Position numbers and translations under genes: made by a program. 64,000 nt of DNA from contig JAVBNT010000001.1 of NCBI GenBank assembly GCA_031551355.1, forward strand, positions 64,477-128,476, read 5' to 3'. Source of the stretch: Candidatus Xenobia bacterium (GTDB lineage Bacteria > Vulcanimicrobiota > CADAWZ01). Under the pieces are notes generated by a model. The model did no database searches. It saw only the letters and a program-made list of their open reading frames with translations, and was not told where the DNA came from. This document shows positions 18,602 to 28,663 of the stretch, piece after piece; positions within the stretch are counted from its first letter, which is position 1; every line of letters starts with the position of its first letter.

Positions 18602-19576
18602 TCAGGCTGTTTCCAGTCTGATTCTCGGATCGGCGGCGCTGTAGCACATATCTGCCGCGATATTAGCGAAAACAACCAGCAGGCTGCTGATAAAAATGTC
18701 GCCCATAAGAAGTGTATAATCCCGGTGAAAAACGGCTTCCATGCCCAGACGTCCCATTCCCGGCCAGGCAAAAATCTGTTCTACAATAAATGCTCCGGCA
18801 AGGATTTCCGGTATGGACAGCGCGATAATGGTTATCAGCGGCAGCAGGCTGTTTCTGAGTGCATGCCTCCATAGAACCATCATTTCACTAAACCCTTTTG
18901 AGTATGCCGTGCGGATATAATCTTCTCCCATTACATCTATCAGGGAGGAGCGTATATATCTTCCCCAGGCGGCAAGATTTCTTATTGTCAGCACAAATAC
19001 CGGCAGTGCCAGATGCCAGGAAATATCTATGATGTTGTCCCAGAAATTTGCTTCGACAAGCGTCGTCATTCCCATCGGAGGAAAGATCGGAAGTTTCAGA
19101 GCTAAATAATAAACGGCCATAAGTGCCAGCCAGAATGCCGGCATCGACAATCCGATAAAAGAAAAGAATGTCAGTATATAGTCAAACAGCGAGTATGGCC
19201 GCATTGCCGAATATATTCCGATCGGCAGGGCAATAATAATACTCAATATATATGATGTGCCCATTAACAGCAGCGTCGCTGGTACACGCTCGAAAATCTC
19301 CTTTGTTACCGGTTTGCCGTTTACAAGCGAATAACCCAGATCACCTTTGGTCAAAAGGTTTTTTAGCCATATTGCATATTGAATGTGCAAAGGGCGGTCA
19401 AGTCCCAGATTTTTACGTATCTGCTCTCTGTCTTCCGGTCTTGTGTGGGGGCTTATGAACATTTTTGTCGGATCGCCGGGAGCAAGTCTGACAAGCAAGA
19501 ATGTTACGATCGATATTGCCAGTATTAGGGGTATTGCTCCCAGTAATCTTTTTAAAAAATATTTCAGCATAAACAT
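18602..19576 (-). CDS. ABC transporter permease, OppB/DppB (peptide/nickel) family.
   Basis: 324 aa, 6 TM helices. EAA-loop region YSKGFSEMMVLWRHALRNSLLP. Confidence 0.8.
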   Translation of the reverse strand: MFMLKYFLKRLLGAIPLILAISIVTFLLVRLAPGDPTKMFISPHTRPEDREQIRKNLGLDRPLHIQYAIWLKNLLTKGDLGYSLVNGKPVTKEIFERVPATLLLMGTSYILSIIIALPIGIYSAMRPYSLFDYILTFFSFIGLSMPAFWLALMAVYYLALKLPIFPPMGMTTLVEANFWDNIIDISWHLALPVFVLTIRNLAAWGRYIRSSLIDVMGEDYIRTAYSKGFSEMMVLWRHALRNSLLPLITIIALSIPEILAGAFIVEQIFAWPGMGRLGMEAVFHRDYTLLMGDIFISSLLVVFANIAADMCYSAADPRIRLETA

Positions 19577-19722
19577 CCTTGTAAGGATAAACTTTATTGT
19601 GAATGTTATAAATTGGGCAATTGCTGTTTTCTTTCCTTTCTTTTGTGCCTGAAAATTATTGGCCTGTCGCTGCTGCCGGTTAAAAATACAGGAAAGAATA
19701 AGTTTTTTTAGAAAATAAGCTT

Positions 19723-20580
19723 ATGTCGAAACAATGCTATGGAATAACAGGCTGGCCGCTTGCCTATACTCTTTCGCCTCTGATGCATAACAGGGCTTTT
19801 GAACAACTGTCAGTAAATGCGTCATATGACGTCTACCCTTGTGAAGATGCCGCCTCTGTTTTCACTCTTGCCGCGGAAAAGAATTTATCTGGTTTTAATG
19901 TTACCATGCCGCATAAGACTGCGATAATGGCTTACCTTGACTCGGTTGACGCCGATGCCCGGACTATTGGTTCGGTTAACACCGTAAGGAGAATTGCTGC
20001 ACCGTCAGGATGGAAGTATGAAGGTATAAATACTGATTTTAAGGGATTTTTATCTGCTTTGCGGTATGAGGGGGTCGGGCTTTGCGGGGCTGAGGCCATC
20101 ATTCTCGGTTCCGGCGGCAGTGCCAGAAGCATATACTATGCACTGGCAGGAGCCGGCGTTACCGGGATTATTGTTGCCGCCAGAAGAGTGACGGAGGCTG
20201 TGAAGCTTCATGCGCTGTATTCCGGCATTTTCAGTAAATTCACGAAGACACTGCCTCTTGATGCCGCTTTTTTTTCAAAGCGTACTTTTAAAAACTGCCG
20301 TTTGCTCGTTAATTGTACTCCTGTTGCCGGTATTCATGAAAGTGAACCTGTTTTGCTGTCACTTATGAAAAAACTGCCTGAGGATTGTTTTATTTTTGAT
20401 CTTATATACCATCCATCTGAGACTTTTTTCCTTTTCCAAAGCCGCCGCCTTGGCCTTAAAGCCGCCAACGGGCTTGCCATGCTTGTATATCAGGGAATTG
20501 AGTCGTGCAGATATTGGACGGGTATCCCGTTTGAGGCCGAAGATATGATTGATTTTTTGCGGAGGACTTTATGCGTTTAA
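19723..20580 (+). CDS. aroE: Shikimate dehydrogenase AroE.
   Basis: 285 aa. N-terminal YGITGWPLAYTLSPLMHN substrate-binding motif and NAD(P) motif ILGSGGSARS. Confidence 0.75.
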   Translation: MSKQCYGITGWPLAYTLSPLMHNRAFEQLSVNASYDVYPCEDAASVFTLAAEKNLSGFNVTMPHKTAIMAYLDSVDADARTIGSVNTVRRIAAPSGWKYEGINTDFKGFLSALRYEGVGLCGAEAIILGSGGSARSIYYALAGAGVTGIIVAARRVTEAVKLHALYSGIFSKFTKTLPLDAAFFSKRTFKNCRLLVNCTPVAGIHESEPVLLSLMKKLPEDCFIFDLIYHPSETFFLFQSRRLGLKAANGLAMLVYQGIESCRYWTGIPFEAEDMIDFLRRTLCV

Positions 20581-21695
20581 TCACGTCCGGGGAATCACAT
20601 GGCCCCGGATTAACTGCGATAATAGAGGGGGTTCCCTCCGGTTTTAGTCCCGATATATCCGGAATAAACGCTGTCCTTTCGATGAGGCGCAGTTTTTATG
20701 GCCGGGGTGCGCGTATGAAAATGGAGACCGATTCGATTGTTTTTACCGGCGGTTTGGTTAACGGCAGGACTTATGGGGCGCCGCTGTCGTTTTTTATAAA
20801 AAACAATGATGACAGATCGTCAGATCCACGCGATCGTTTGGCCGTGCCGAGACCGGGACATTCAGATTTGCCGGGAACACTCAAATACGGTCTTGATGAC
20901 TTTTCCATTCCTTCCGAATTTTCCGGCGGCAGGATGACGGCTGTTTTGACTGCTGCCGGTGAACTTGCCGGACAATTCCTGCTTAACTTTGGCATAAATG
21001 TTTTGGGATTCGTTACCGCTGTCGGCAATATGGAGACTTCTTTAAATCTGATGAACGCCGGTTTGCCGGATATTAAAAATATAGCTGAGCTTTCTCCGCT
21101 AAGACTGCCTGATTTGTCGCTGGAGCCCGGCATTTTGAAGCTGATAGACGACACGGCTGACGAGGGCGATACGCTTGGCGGTAAGTTTGTTGTCATCGCT
21201 GAAGGCCTTCCCCCCGGACTTGGTTCTTTTTCGCCCCTTTCCAGGCGGCTTGATTCTGCGCTTGCTTCCGCGATTATTTCACTGCCGGGGGTTAAGGGAG
21301 TGGAAATAGGGGATGGATTCCGTTCACATTTGCTGAAGGGGTCCCATTTTCAGGATGCTTTGTATAAGTCCGGTTCCTGGCTTCGCAAGACGAACCATGC
21401 CGGAGGTGTTGAGGGCGGGTTTTCCAACGGAGAACGGATTTTGCTGACGGCGGTTATGAAGCCTTTGCCGTCCGTTAAAAAAGGGATTTCTTCCTATAAT
21501 ATTGAAAGCGAAATTAAATGCAGTACGGTTTATATACGTTCTGATGTGTGTGCCGTTCCTGCCGCTGCACTGGCGGCTGAAAAAACGGTGGCTTTTACGG
21601 TAATGGAGTTGTTTTTGGATAAATTCAGTGCTGATACTATGGATGAAGTGAAACTCAATTTTGACCGCTATATGGAAAAAATAAATTATGCGTAA
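20571..21695 (+). CDS. aroC: Chorismate synthase AroC.
   Basis: 374 aa. MRLITSGESHGPGL N-terminus and GRSSARETA-like region. Overlaps aroE by 10 nt. Confidence 0.85.
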   Translation: MRLITSGESHGPGLTAIIEGVPSGFSPDISGINAVLSMRRSFYGRGARMKMETDSIVFTGGLVNGRTYGAPLSFFIKNNDDRSSDPRDRLAVPRPGHSDLPGTLKYGLDDFSIPSEFSGGRMTAVLTAAGELAGQFLLNFGINVLGFVTAVGNMETSLNLMNAGLPDIKNIAELSPLRLPDLSLEPGILKLIDDTADEGDTLGGKFVVIAEGLPPGLGSFSPLSRRLDSALASAIISLPGVKGVEIGDGFRSHLLKGSHFQDALYKSGSWLRKTNHAGGVEGGFSNGERILLTAVMKPLPSVKKGISSYNIESEIKCSTVYIRSDVCAVPAAALAAEKTVAFTVMELFLDKFSADTMDEVKLNFDRYMEKINYA

Positions 21696-22242
21696 AAATA
21701 TTTATCTTGTAGGTTTTATGGGTACCGGAAAAAGTACTATCGGCAGAGAACTTGCCAAGGTTACCGGCCGTCGCTTTATTGATATGGATACCGAACTTGA
21801 AAAACGGCTTAATATGAGTGTTAACAAGATATTTGATACCGAAGGTGAAGAATTTTTCCGGGATCGGGAACGGGAACTGGCTTTTGAGCTGATAGAGAAG
21901 TCAAACTATGTCGTATCTACCGGCGGCGGTACCATCATGGATGAGGAAATTTATGCTGCTTTTAAAAGCAGCGGCATAATGATATGTCTTGTTGCCGATA
22001 GAGCTGAGCTTATCGAACGTTTGAAGCGTACTTCCAAGAGGCCGCATTTGCGTGTTAGTGACATAGATAAGAAAGTTGAAGAGCTTTTGCGGGAACGCGG
22101 TGTTGTTTTTGATTCGGTTCCCATAAAAATAAATACCAGCGATATGACGCCGATGGAAGTGGTTTCCAAACTTGTCAAACTCTTTAAAATTCGTCAGAAT
22201 ATACTGGATAAACTGACTAATCAGCAAATTGAAATTACCTGA
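21688..22242 (+). CDS. aroK: Shikimate kinase AroK.
   Basis: 184 aa. Walker A GFMGTGKSTIG. Confidence 0.75.
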   Translation: MRKNIYLVGFMGTGKSTIGRELAKVTGRRFIDMDTELEKRLNMSVNKIFDTEGEEFFRDRERELAFELIEKSNYVVSTGGGTIMDEEIYAAFKSSGIMICLVADRAELIERLKRTSKRPHLRVSDIDKKVEELLRERGVVFDSVPIKINTSDMTPMEVVSKLVKLFKIRQNILDKLTNQQIEIT

Positions 22243-22702
22243 GGTTAAGATGACTTTTCCGAAAGTTCTGGTTATAAACGGGGCAAATTTGAATCTTTTG
22301 GGTGTCAGGGAGCCCGATATTTACGGCTTGGAAACACTGGCGGATCTTGAAGCTTTTATGAAAAAACGCGCAACTGAGCTGTCTTTGTCTATTGATTTTT
22401 TTCAATCGAACAGCGAGGGCGATATTGTTGATGCGATTCACGCCTCAATGGGATGTACTGACTTGCTGATCATAAACGCCGGGGCTTATTCACATTATTC
22501 GATAGCAATCAGGGATGCAATTGCCTGTGCCGCGTGTCCGGCAATAGAGGTACATATTTCAAATATATATGCCAGGGAAGAGTTCAGAAGATTCTCATGT
22601 CTATCCGGAGTCTGCTGCGGGACAATTTCCGGCTTCGGATTTTACGGATATATTATGGCACTGGAGGCCGGAGGGGACATGTTAAGAGAGTCTTCACCCT
22701 GA
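22229..22702 (+). CDS. aroQ: 3-dehydroquinate dehydratase type II (AroQ).
   Basis: 157 aa. VINGANLNLLGVREPDIYG and HISN motifs of type II DHQase. Confidence 0.8.
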   Translation: MKLPEVKMTFPKVLVINGANLNLLGVREPDIYGLETLADLEAFMKKRATELSLSIDFFQSNSEGDIVDAIHASMGCTDLLIINAGAYSHYSIAIRDAIACAACPAIEVHISNIYAREEFRRFSCLSGVCCGTISGFGFYGYIMALEAGGDMLRESSP

Positions 22703-22832
22703 GATATAGTATCGGTCTATATTTAGGAGACAACGTGTTTTTAGAAGGATAGTTGTCCTTTGCTAAGGAATTTTATTTTTGTATTCTTACTGGGGTATGT
22801 TGACCCTAAATGTGTAAAGGAGACATATTGTA

Positions 22833-23357
22833 ATGAATAAAAGATTTGTATTTGCTTCACTGTTTGCATTTGCTTTGGTGCTTTTTGTGCCTGCGTTTTT
22901 GTCGGCGGCTCCGGATCCCGGCGCGTGCGGACTTATAGTCGGAGAATCTGTTATTTATCCCGGTGATAAGAAAGAGTTTATTTTCAGTGCCTTCGGTGTG
23001 CCTGAGCGTATATATGCAATGCGCGGCAAGGGCGATAAAACAAAGGATTACGTTAAACTTTATTATCAGGAAAACGATTTGTCTTTTGATATTACCAATG
23101 ATGATAATACTATAAGGGCTATACTGATTAAAGGTGATTCCAAGATTAAAAATGTTCCTTTTAAGGTTGGCGAAACTTACGACAGCGTAAAAGCCAAATG
23201 GGGCGAACCGGACCGCAAGGAAGCCGGTTTTGCAAATTACTCCAAAAAAGGAGTAATGTTTAAAGTAAGTGATGCCGGTATTATAGAAATTATCGCTGTT
23301 TTTCTTCCCGGAAATATGGATTCTGAGCCGCCAAGCAATGAAGCTGTAAAGTCATAA
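22833..23357 (+). CDS. Secreted hypothetical protein.
   Basis: 174 aa with an N-terminal signal peptide. No recognisable motif. Confidence 0.4.
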   Translation: MNKRFVFASLFAFALVLFVPAFLSAAPDPGACGLIVGESVIYPGDKKEFIFSAFGVPERIYAMRGKGDKTKDYVKLYYQENDLSFDITNDDNTIRAILIKGDSKIKNVPFKVGETYDSVKAKWGEPDRKEAGFANYSKKGVMFKVSDAGIIEIIAVFLPGNMDSEPPSNEAVKS

Positions 23358-24263
23358 ATGAAGCCAGTCGGTTTTGTAAATTTTTTAAAGCCTCCCGGAA
23401 TGACGTCGCATGATGTTGTTTCCTCTCTGCGGAGGCTTTTTGGCGAAAAATGTATCGGTCATCTTGGCACACTGGACCCCGGAGCTGCTGGTGTTTTGCC
23501 TGTTGCGGTGGGAAGTCAGGCTACAAAAATCATCGAGTATGTTTCATCGGTGTCCAAGGGTTACAGGGCGGAAATGCTTTTAGGGCGGACAAGCAATACC
23601 GGCGATCTTTTCGGAGATGTCATTGTCTCCGGCGAACATGCTGTGCCTGATGCGGAACGTATTTTGGCGATACTTGCTTCTTTTGAGGGAACAATTGAGC
23701 AGACGCCGCCGATGGCCTCAAGCATAAAAGTTAACGGGAAAAAACTTTATGAATATTTCCGCAAGGGCGCCAACGTTGAAATCCCCCAAAGAACCGTAGT
23801 CATATCTTCGGTATCACTTGTCGAGTATACTTATCCAAAGCTTGTTATTGATGTTGAATGCAGTTGCGGCACATATATCAGGACATTGTGCAGCGATATC
23901 GGAGCCGCCGCCGGGTGCGGTGCCCTGATGTCTTTTCTGGTCAGATACAGAAGCGGCAATTTTTGTCTTGAACAGAGCCTTTCTTACGAAGAGATCAGCG
24001 TACGTTTTCCTGAAGATATCAGTTTTTTTATTTCTCCATATGATGTTATGGAGACTTATGGAACAATAATTCTTACAGAGCCTTTAGTGGAAAAAGTCCG
24101 GCATGGGAATCAGTTTTGTTTGCAGTCTGGAGAACCGTATCCGCCTGAAAATACTATCTTAAGACTGGCCGATGAGCAGGGCAATCTGCTTGCGGTAGGC
24201 AAAGCTTTTTATGACGGCGGCATCTATATAAAGCCTGAAAAAGTTTTTATTTCCGGGAGTTGA
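23358..24263 (+). CDS. truB: tRNA pseudouridine(55) synthase TruB.
   Basis: 301 aa. GxxNxxKPPGMTSHDVV and catalytic GTLDPxAxGVLP motifs. Confidence 0.85.
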   Translation: MKPVGFVNFLKPPGMTSHDVVSSLRRLFGEKCIGHLGTLDPGAAGVLPVAVGSQATKIIEYVSSVSKGYRAEMLLGRTSNTGDLFGDVIVSGEHAVPDAERILAILASFEGTIEQTPPMASSIKVNGKKLYEYFRKGANVEIPQRTVVISSVSLVEYTYPKLVIDVECSCGTYIRTLCSDIGAAAGCGALMSFLVRYRSGNFCLEQSLSYEEISVRFPEDISFFISPYDVMETYGTIILTEPLVEKVRHGNQFCLQSGEPYPPENTILRLADEQGNLLAVGKAFYDGGIYIKPEKVFISGS

Positions 24264-24267
24264 TATT

Positions 24268-25275
24268 ATGCATGAAGCTTTGTTTTGGGAGAAACTAAAA
24301 GGTGATAAGGTCGGCTGCAGGCTTTGTCCTCACCGATGCCGTCTGAATGCCGGTCAGCACGGTCTTTGCCGCGAGCGTATGAATAGAGACGGAACAATGG
24401 TTTCCCTTATATATGGGAAAGTTTGTTCGATAGCGCTTGATCCTGTGGAAAAGAAGCCGCTGTATCATTTTTATCCCGGACATAAAATTTTGTCGGCGGG
24501 AACGCTTGGCTGTAATTTTTCCTGCCGGTTTTGCCAGAATTGGACGTTAAGTCATCCGGAAGTAAGTGCCGATAAGGCATGTAGAACAATAAGCCCGTCA
24601 CGGCTTTGTGAGCTGGCTGTGGAATGCGTGCCCGACGGAAATATCGGTGTTGCATACACTTACAATGAACCTTCGGTTTGGTATGAATTTGTTTATGATA
24701 CCGCCAAACTTGTGAAGGATGCAGGTCTTAAGAATGTGCTGGTGACAAACGGTTTTCTAAACAGGGAGCCGTTGTCGGCTTTGCTGCCTTTTATTGATGC
24801 GGTAAATGTTGATATAAAATCAATCAATCCGGCTTTTTATAAGGATTATTGCCAGGGTATGCTGAAACCTGTTTTGAATTACTGTAAACTGGCTAAGGAA
24901 TACTGCCTTGTAGAAATAACAAATTTAATGATACCGACTTTGAATGATTCGGATGATGATATAAAGAAACTGGCTGCCTGGGTCGCCAAAAATCTCGGTA
25001 AAGACACGCCTTTGCATTTTTCAGCGTACCGTCCGGAATTTAAAATGGATATTCCTCCGACTTCACCTGAGTCGCTTGAACGAGCACGCGGTATCGCCGT
25101 AAAAAAACTCTCCAGCGTATATATCGGTAACATTATTACCGGTAATGGTGCGGATTCTTTCTGTCCGTCCTGCAAAAAGCCTTTGGTTAAAAGGATGGCT
25201 TTTCGCTCTATTGAAAGTTTTATCAAAGAGCCGTCCTGTCCGTTTTGTGGTAAAGATATCAATTTTAGAGTTTGA
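24268..25275 (+). CDS. AmmeMemoRadiSam-system-type radical SAM enzyme (PflA-like).
   Basis: 335 aa. N-terminal CRLCPHRC...C cluster, radical SAM CNFSCRFCQNW motif, C-terminal CPSCKK...CPFCG. Confidence 0.6.
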   Translation: MHEALFWEKLKGDKVGCRLCPHRCRLNAGQHGLCRERMNRDGTMVSLIYGKVCSIALDPVEKKPLYHFYPGHKILSAGTLGCNFSCRFCQNWTLSHPEVSADKACRTISPSRLCELAVECVPDGNIGVAYTYNEPSVWYEFVYDTAKLVKDAGLKNVLVTNGFLNREPLSALLPFIDAVNVDIKSINPAFYKDYCQGMLKPVLNYCKLAKEYCLVEITNLMIPTLNDSDDDIKKLAAWVAKNLGKDTPLHFSAYRPEFKMDIPPTSPESLERARGIAVKKLSSVYIGNIITGNGADSFCPSCKKPLVKRMAFRSIESFIKEPSCPFCGKDINFRV

Positions 25276-25289
25276 AAATTTGGTGAACG

Positions 25290-26816
25290 ATGAGATTTAA
25301 TATTTTCCTGACATTACTGCTGCCAATGTTTATGCTTGTTGTTCTGCTGATATTTTTTAATACAAGTACTTTTAGAGAAAGTATTGACTCCAGTTTGCAG
25401 CAGAGGATGATGCTTGAATCGGATCTGATAGTGGAACGTCTTGAGCGCTGCCTGGAAAAGTATAATACCGACAGCGGACTTGAAATTGATTCGCAGGCTG
25501 TTGCCGATTTAAACCTGATATCGGATCAATTTGACCGTATTACCAGTTTGCAGTTACTGCAAAACGGCACGAAAGAAATTTATGGTTTTCCTGAAAAAGG
25601 TGCTGCCAGTGGTTTAAATAATGCCCGTTCCGATGAAAAAGAGACTACTCCATCTCTGATAAACAATCTTCTGAAAGTGAGGCCGCTTCCTTTCAAATCG
25701 GAAAGAATGCTCGGATTAAAGCTGAAAGAGCCGGTGTTGATTTCATTGACTCTGACATCTTCTTCCGCAGTCGCCTTGTCAAGGATTAATTTTGTCATCA
25801 ATATTTTTCTGACTGTTTTCTTTTTGATTTGTGCGTACGTGGCTGTTTCCAGCTGGATTTCCAATGCTCTTGAAAGACCGCTTGCCCTGATGTTGTCTGC
25901 TCAGGAAAAGATAGCCAGAGGCGAATATGATGCCAGACTGCATACGGAGTTGGCGAACTCAAACGAGCTCACACAGACTTATGCTTCTTTTAATAATATG
26001 GCAACAGAGCTGCAGAGTTCAAGAGATGAGCTTGAGAAAAAGAATAAGACTTTGGCGGAACTCAATGAAAGTTATAAAAATCTTAATGAAAAACTTGAAA
26101 TGGAAGTCCAGCATAAAACACAGGAACTCAGGGAGTATTTTTCGCTTATAAGCCATGATTTGAAAGTTCCCATTGCTGCCGCCAAAGGATATACCGATTT
26201 GCTGATGAGGCCCAAGACCGGGCCTCTTAATGATAAACAGAAAGAGTTTATAAAAAACATTTCACTTACTCACGGATATCTTTTAAATTTGGTCAGGAAT
26301 ATGATCGATTCCGTTAAATATGAAGGCGGAAAGATCAGTTACTTTTTTGAATGTTTTGATATTGACGAAGTTGTTGAAGAATGTGAAAGTAATGTTATGC
26401 TTAGTATTCAGGAAAGAAATTTGCATTTTAGGGTAGTCAGGCCTTCTGATGAAAAGTTGTTTGTTTGGGGAGACAAAGTTAAAATCACCCGTGTAATCTC
26501 AAATTTGCTCAGCAACGCGATAAAAATATCTCCGGATGATTCTGACATTAGTCTTATTTTTAAAGAAAAGGATGATACCGTTGAAATTTGCGTGTCCGAT
26601 GAAGGCTGCGGCATTTCACGGGAGAATATCTCAAAAATATTTGATAAGTTTACCCAGTTCCCTTATGGAGATAAGACTTCGGGCGGTATGGGACTCGGAT
26701 TGTATATTGTCAATAAAATTATTGAAGGGCATGAACGTAAAATAGAGGTTAAGAGTGAAGTCGGGCAGGGTACAAGTTTTTCTTTTGAACTTAACAGGTG
26801 CAAACCGGGGAATTAA
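25290..26816 (+). CDS. Membrane sensor histidine kinase (2 TM, HAMP-like linker, HisKA, HATPase).
   Basis: 508 aa. H-box ISHDLKVPIAA, N-box NLLSNAIKIS, G-boxes DEGCGI and GGMGLGLYIV. Confidence 0.8.
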   Translation: MRFNIFLTLLLPMFMLVVLLIFFNTSTFRESIDSSLQQRMMLESDLIVERLERCLEKYNTDSGLEIDSQAVADLNLISDQFDRITSLQLLQNGTKEIYGFPEKGAASGLNNARSDEKETTPSLINNLLKVRPLPFKSERMLGLKLKEPVLISLTLTSSSAVALSRINFVINIFLTVFFLICAYVAVSSWISNALERPLALMLSAQEKIARGEYDARLHTELANSNELTQTYASFNNMATELQSSRDELEKKNKTLAELNESYKNLNEKLEMEVQHKTQELREYFSLISHDLKVPIAAAKGYTDLLMRPKTGPLNDKQKEFIKNISLTHGYLLNLVRNMIDSVKYEGGKISYFFECFDIDEVVEECESNVMLSIQERNLHFRVVRPSDEKLFVWGDKVKITRVISNLLSNAIKISPDDSDISLIFKEKDDTVEICVSDEGCGISRENISKIFDKFTQFPYGDKTSGGMGLGLYIVNKIIEGHERKIEVKSEVGQGTSFSFELNRCKPGN

Positions 26817-27526
26817 ATGCGAGTGTGAGGTTATTTATGGATGAAGCCGGAAATAAAATCAGGATTTTGATTGCCGATGATCATAATTTGTTTCGCCAGA
26901 TGCTTTTTCATATGATCAGCGATGAAGATGATATGGAAGTTATCGCCGAGGCCAATAACGGCAAGGAGGCTGTTGAGTTTTGTATTTCAGAAAAACCTGA
27001 CGTGGTTGTATTGGATATTAATATGCCTGTTATGGACGGACTTGAAGCTATACGTCTTATCCATAAAAACAATCATGATACAAAGGTTGTAATCCTTACG
27101 GCGATCGAGGATGATGATTATATTTTTAAGTTTATCAGAGAAGGGGCAACGGCTTATCTGATAAAAGATACTACTCCTGAGGAAATGCTCATGACCATCA
27201 GATCTGCCCATTTCGGCGAATCACTTGTTCAGCCCAGGGTTATGAATAAAATTTTTAAGGAATTCTGCAAACTTTCCGAGGGCAAGGAAGAAAGGTCCCA
27301 TCTTAATGAGGATGCCGAGGGGATTGCTAATCTTACCGACAGGGAAAAAGAAGTTCTTGCTCTTGTCTCAAAGGGTCTGAATAATAAAGAAATTGCCTCG
27401 TCCCTTTTTATTTCCGATGCTACGGTCAAAACACATGTCGCGAACCTGATGTCAAAACTGGGGATGAGGGACAGGGTGGAGTTGGTGCTGTTTGCTTTGA
27501 AAAGCGGCTTTTCAAGTCTGTCATAA
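26798..27526 (+). CDS. Response regulator, NarL/FixJ family (REC plus LuxR-type HTH). True start is probably the ATG at about 26837 (MDEAGNKIRILIADDH).
   Basis: Receiver D-box ILIADDH...VLDINMP and GerE-type HTH LTDREKEVLALVSKGLNNKEIA. Confidence 0.85.
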   Translation: MQTGELNASVRLFMDEAGNKIRILIADDHNLFRQMLFHMISDEDDMEVIAEANNGKEAVEFCISEKPDVVVLDINMPVMDGLEAIRLIHKNNHDTKVVILTAIEDDDYIFKFIREGATAYLIKDTTPEEMLMTIRSAHFGESLVQPRVMNKIFKEFCKLSEGKEERSHLNEDAEGIANLTDREKEVLALVSKGLNNKEIASSLFISDATVKTHVANLMSKLGMRDRVELVLFALKSGFSSLS

Positions 27527-27600
27527 ATATAGTTACGCCACTTAGTAAAGTCTAAAAAAAAATTTAGCTAAAAATACTTTAAGGTGGGTATAACTCCTGA

Positions 27601-27785
27601 TTAGAGCAATTTGTATTCTATATGTCACAAAAATCCGGTAAACATTTTTAAAAGACGGCGTAGCCGTCATCGCGAGTCCCCGCCTTCGCGGGGATAAACT
27701 CCGCTGTGGCGAACCATTATTTTATGGATTGATCGATGTCGGTTGTTTGTTAGGAATATGACGTTTCAATTGCAAACTGCTCTAG
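27601..27785. mobile_element. MITE-like element copy B (~185 bp). Same TIRs and core as copy A with small internal indels.
   Basis: Direct alignment to 14891-15066. TIR ttagagcaatttg ... caaactgctctag. Confidence 0.5.
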
Positions 27786-27788
27786 GGG

Positions 27789-27835
27789 ATAAAATACTAA
27801 AGGGAACTGAATCAGTTCCCTTTAGTATTTTATAA
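27789..27835. terminator. Bidirectional terminator hairpin (22-bp perfect arms) between the convergent response regulator gene and a glycine-zipper gene.
   Basis: ataaaatactaaagggaactga-atc-agttccctttagtattttat read directly. Confidence 0.55.
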
Positions 27836-27851
27836 AATTATTTTTCTGTTT

Positions 27852-28443
27852 TTATACTCCCAGCATTGCAAGGCCTAGCCCTAGAAGTAAGGTTTTTCCA
27901 TCAATAAGTTTTTCAGCTATTTTCTGAGTCAGCATAAAACCTGCCGCTCCGAGTGCTCCGCCGCCGGCGATTCCACCGGCAACACTAAGTGCCGTTCCGC
28001 CGCCGATAGCTGACATTGCCGCAGAACCCAGCATTGCTCCGCCGACAGCTCCGGCGATGGTTGGGGCAAGTACTAGACCGGCAAGTCCGAGGACTATAGG
28101 CGGTGTAGCTATGGCATACAGTACGTTGCCTACTTTTTTAGCAATATTCCCTGCTTTTTGCAAGAATGTTTTTGACTCTTCTGATTTTGTTGCTTCCGCT
28201 TTTTCTTCTGCTTTAACTTCTGCGCTATTGCCGGTAATAGCAGAAGTTTTAGGCGCCGGGATATTCAAATCCATTGGATTTGATTTTGCGTCGCCGGATT
28301 TATATTCTTCCGTTCCGATTGCCGCATTGTTCTGTTCAATATTTTCCTGACTGTTTTTTATACCATCAGCCTTATTGGCATTTTTTGTCTGGTGTATGTC
28401 ATATTGTGCCGGGATACTGTTTATACTGTTCATTGAAAGCCCC
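27852..28443 (-). CDS. Membrane protein with an N/S/Q-rich N-terminal region and a C-terminal glycine-zipper (GxxxG repeat) 2-TM domain. Start reassigned to the ATG with an AAGGAGG SD.
   Basis: Tail reads AGAVGGAMLGSAAMSAIGGGTALSVAGGIAGGGALGAAG. Paralog of the next gene. Shared MDLNIPAPK motif. Confidence 0.5.
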
Positions 28444-28663
28444 TCCTTAGTTATGTATACAACTATGCTGACATTATACATTATTGCTGCTAAATTTGTC
28501 TGTTAAAATCATGTTAACAGATCTACAATTATCTGTATCAACGTATTTACCATGCAAAACAATTTTTCTCTGTGAGGAACTTTTCATTGTTGATAAAATA
28601 AATAAAGGAGCTGTCTTATTTCCTTAACGAGACGGCTCCTTGACTTATAACCAATTTATCTGT

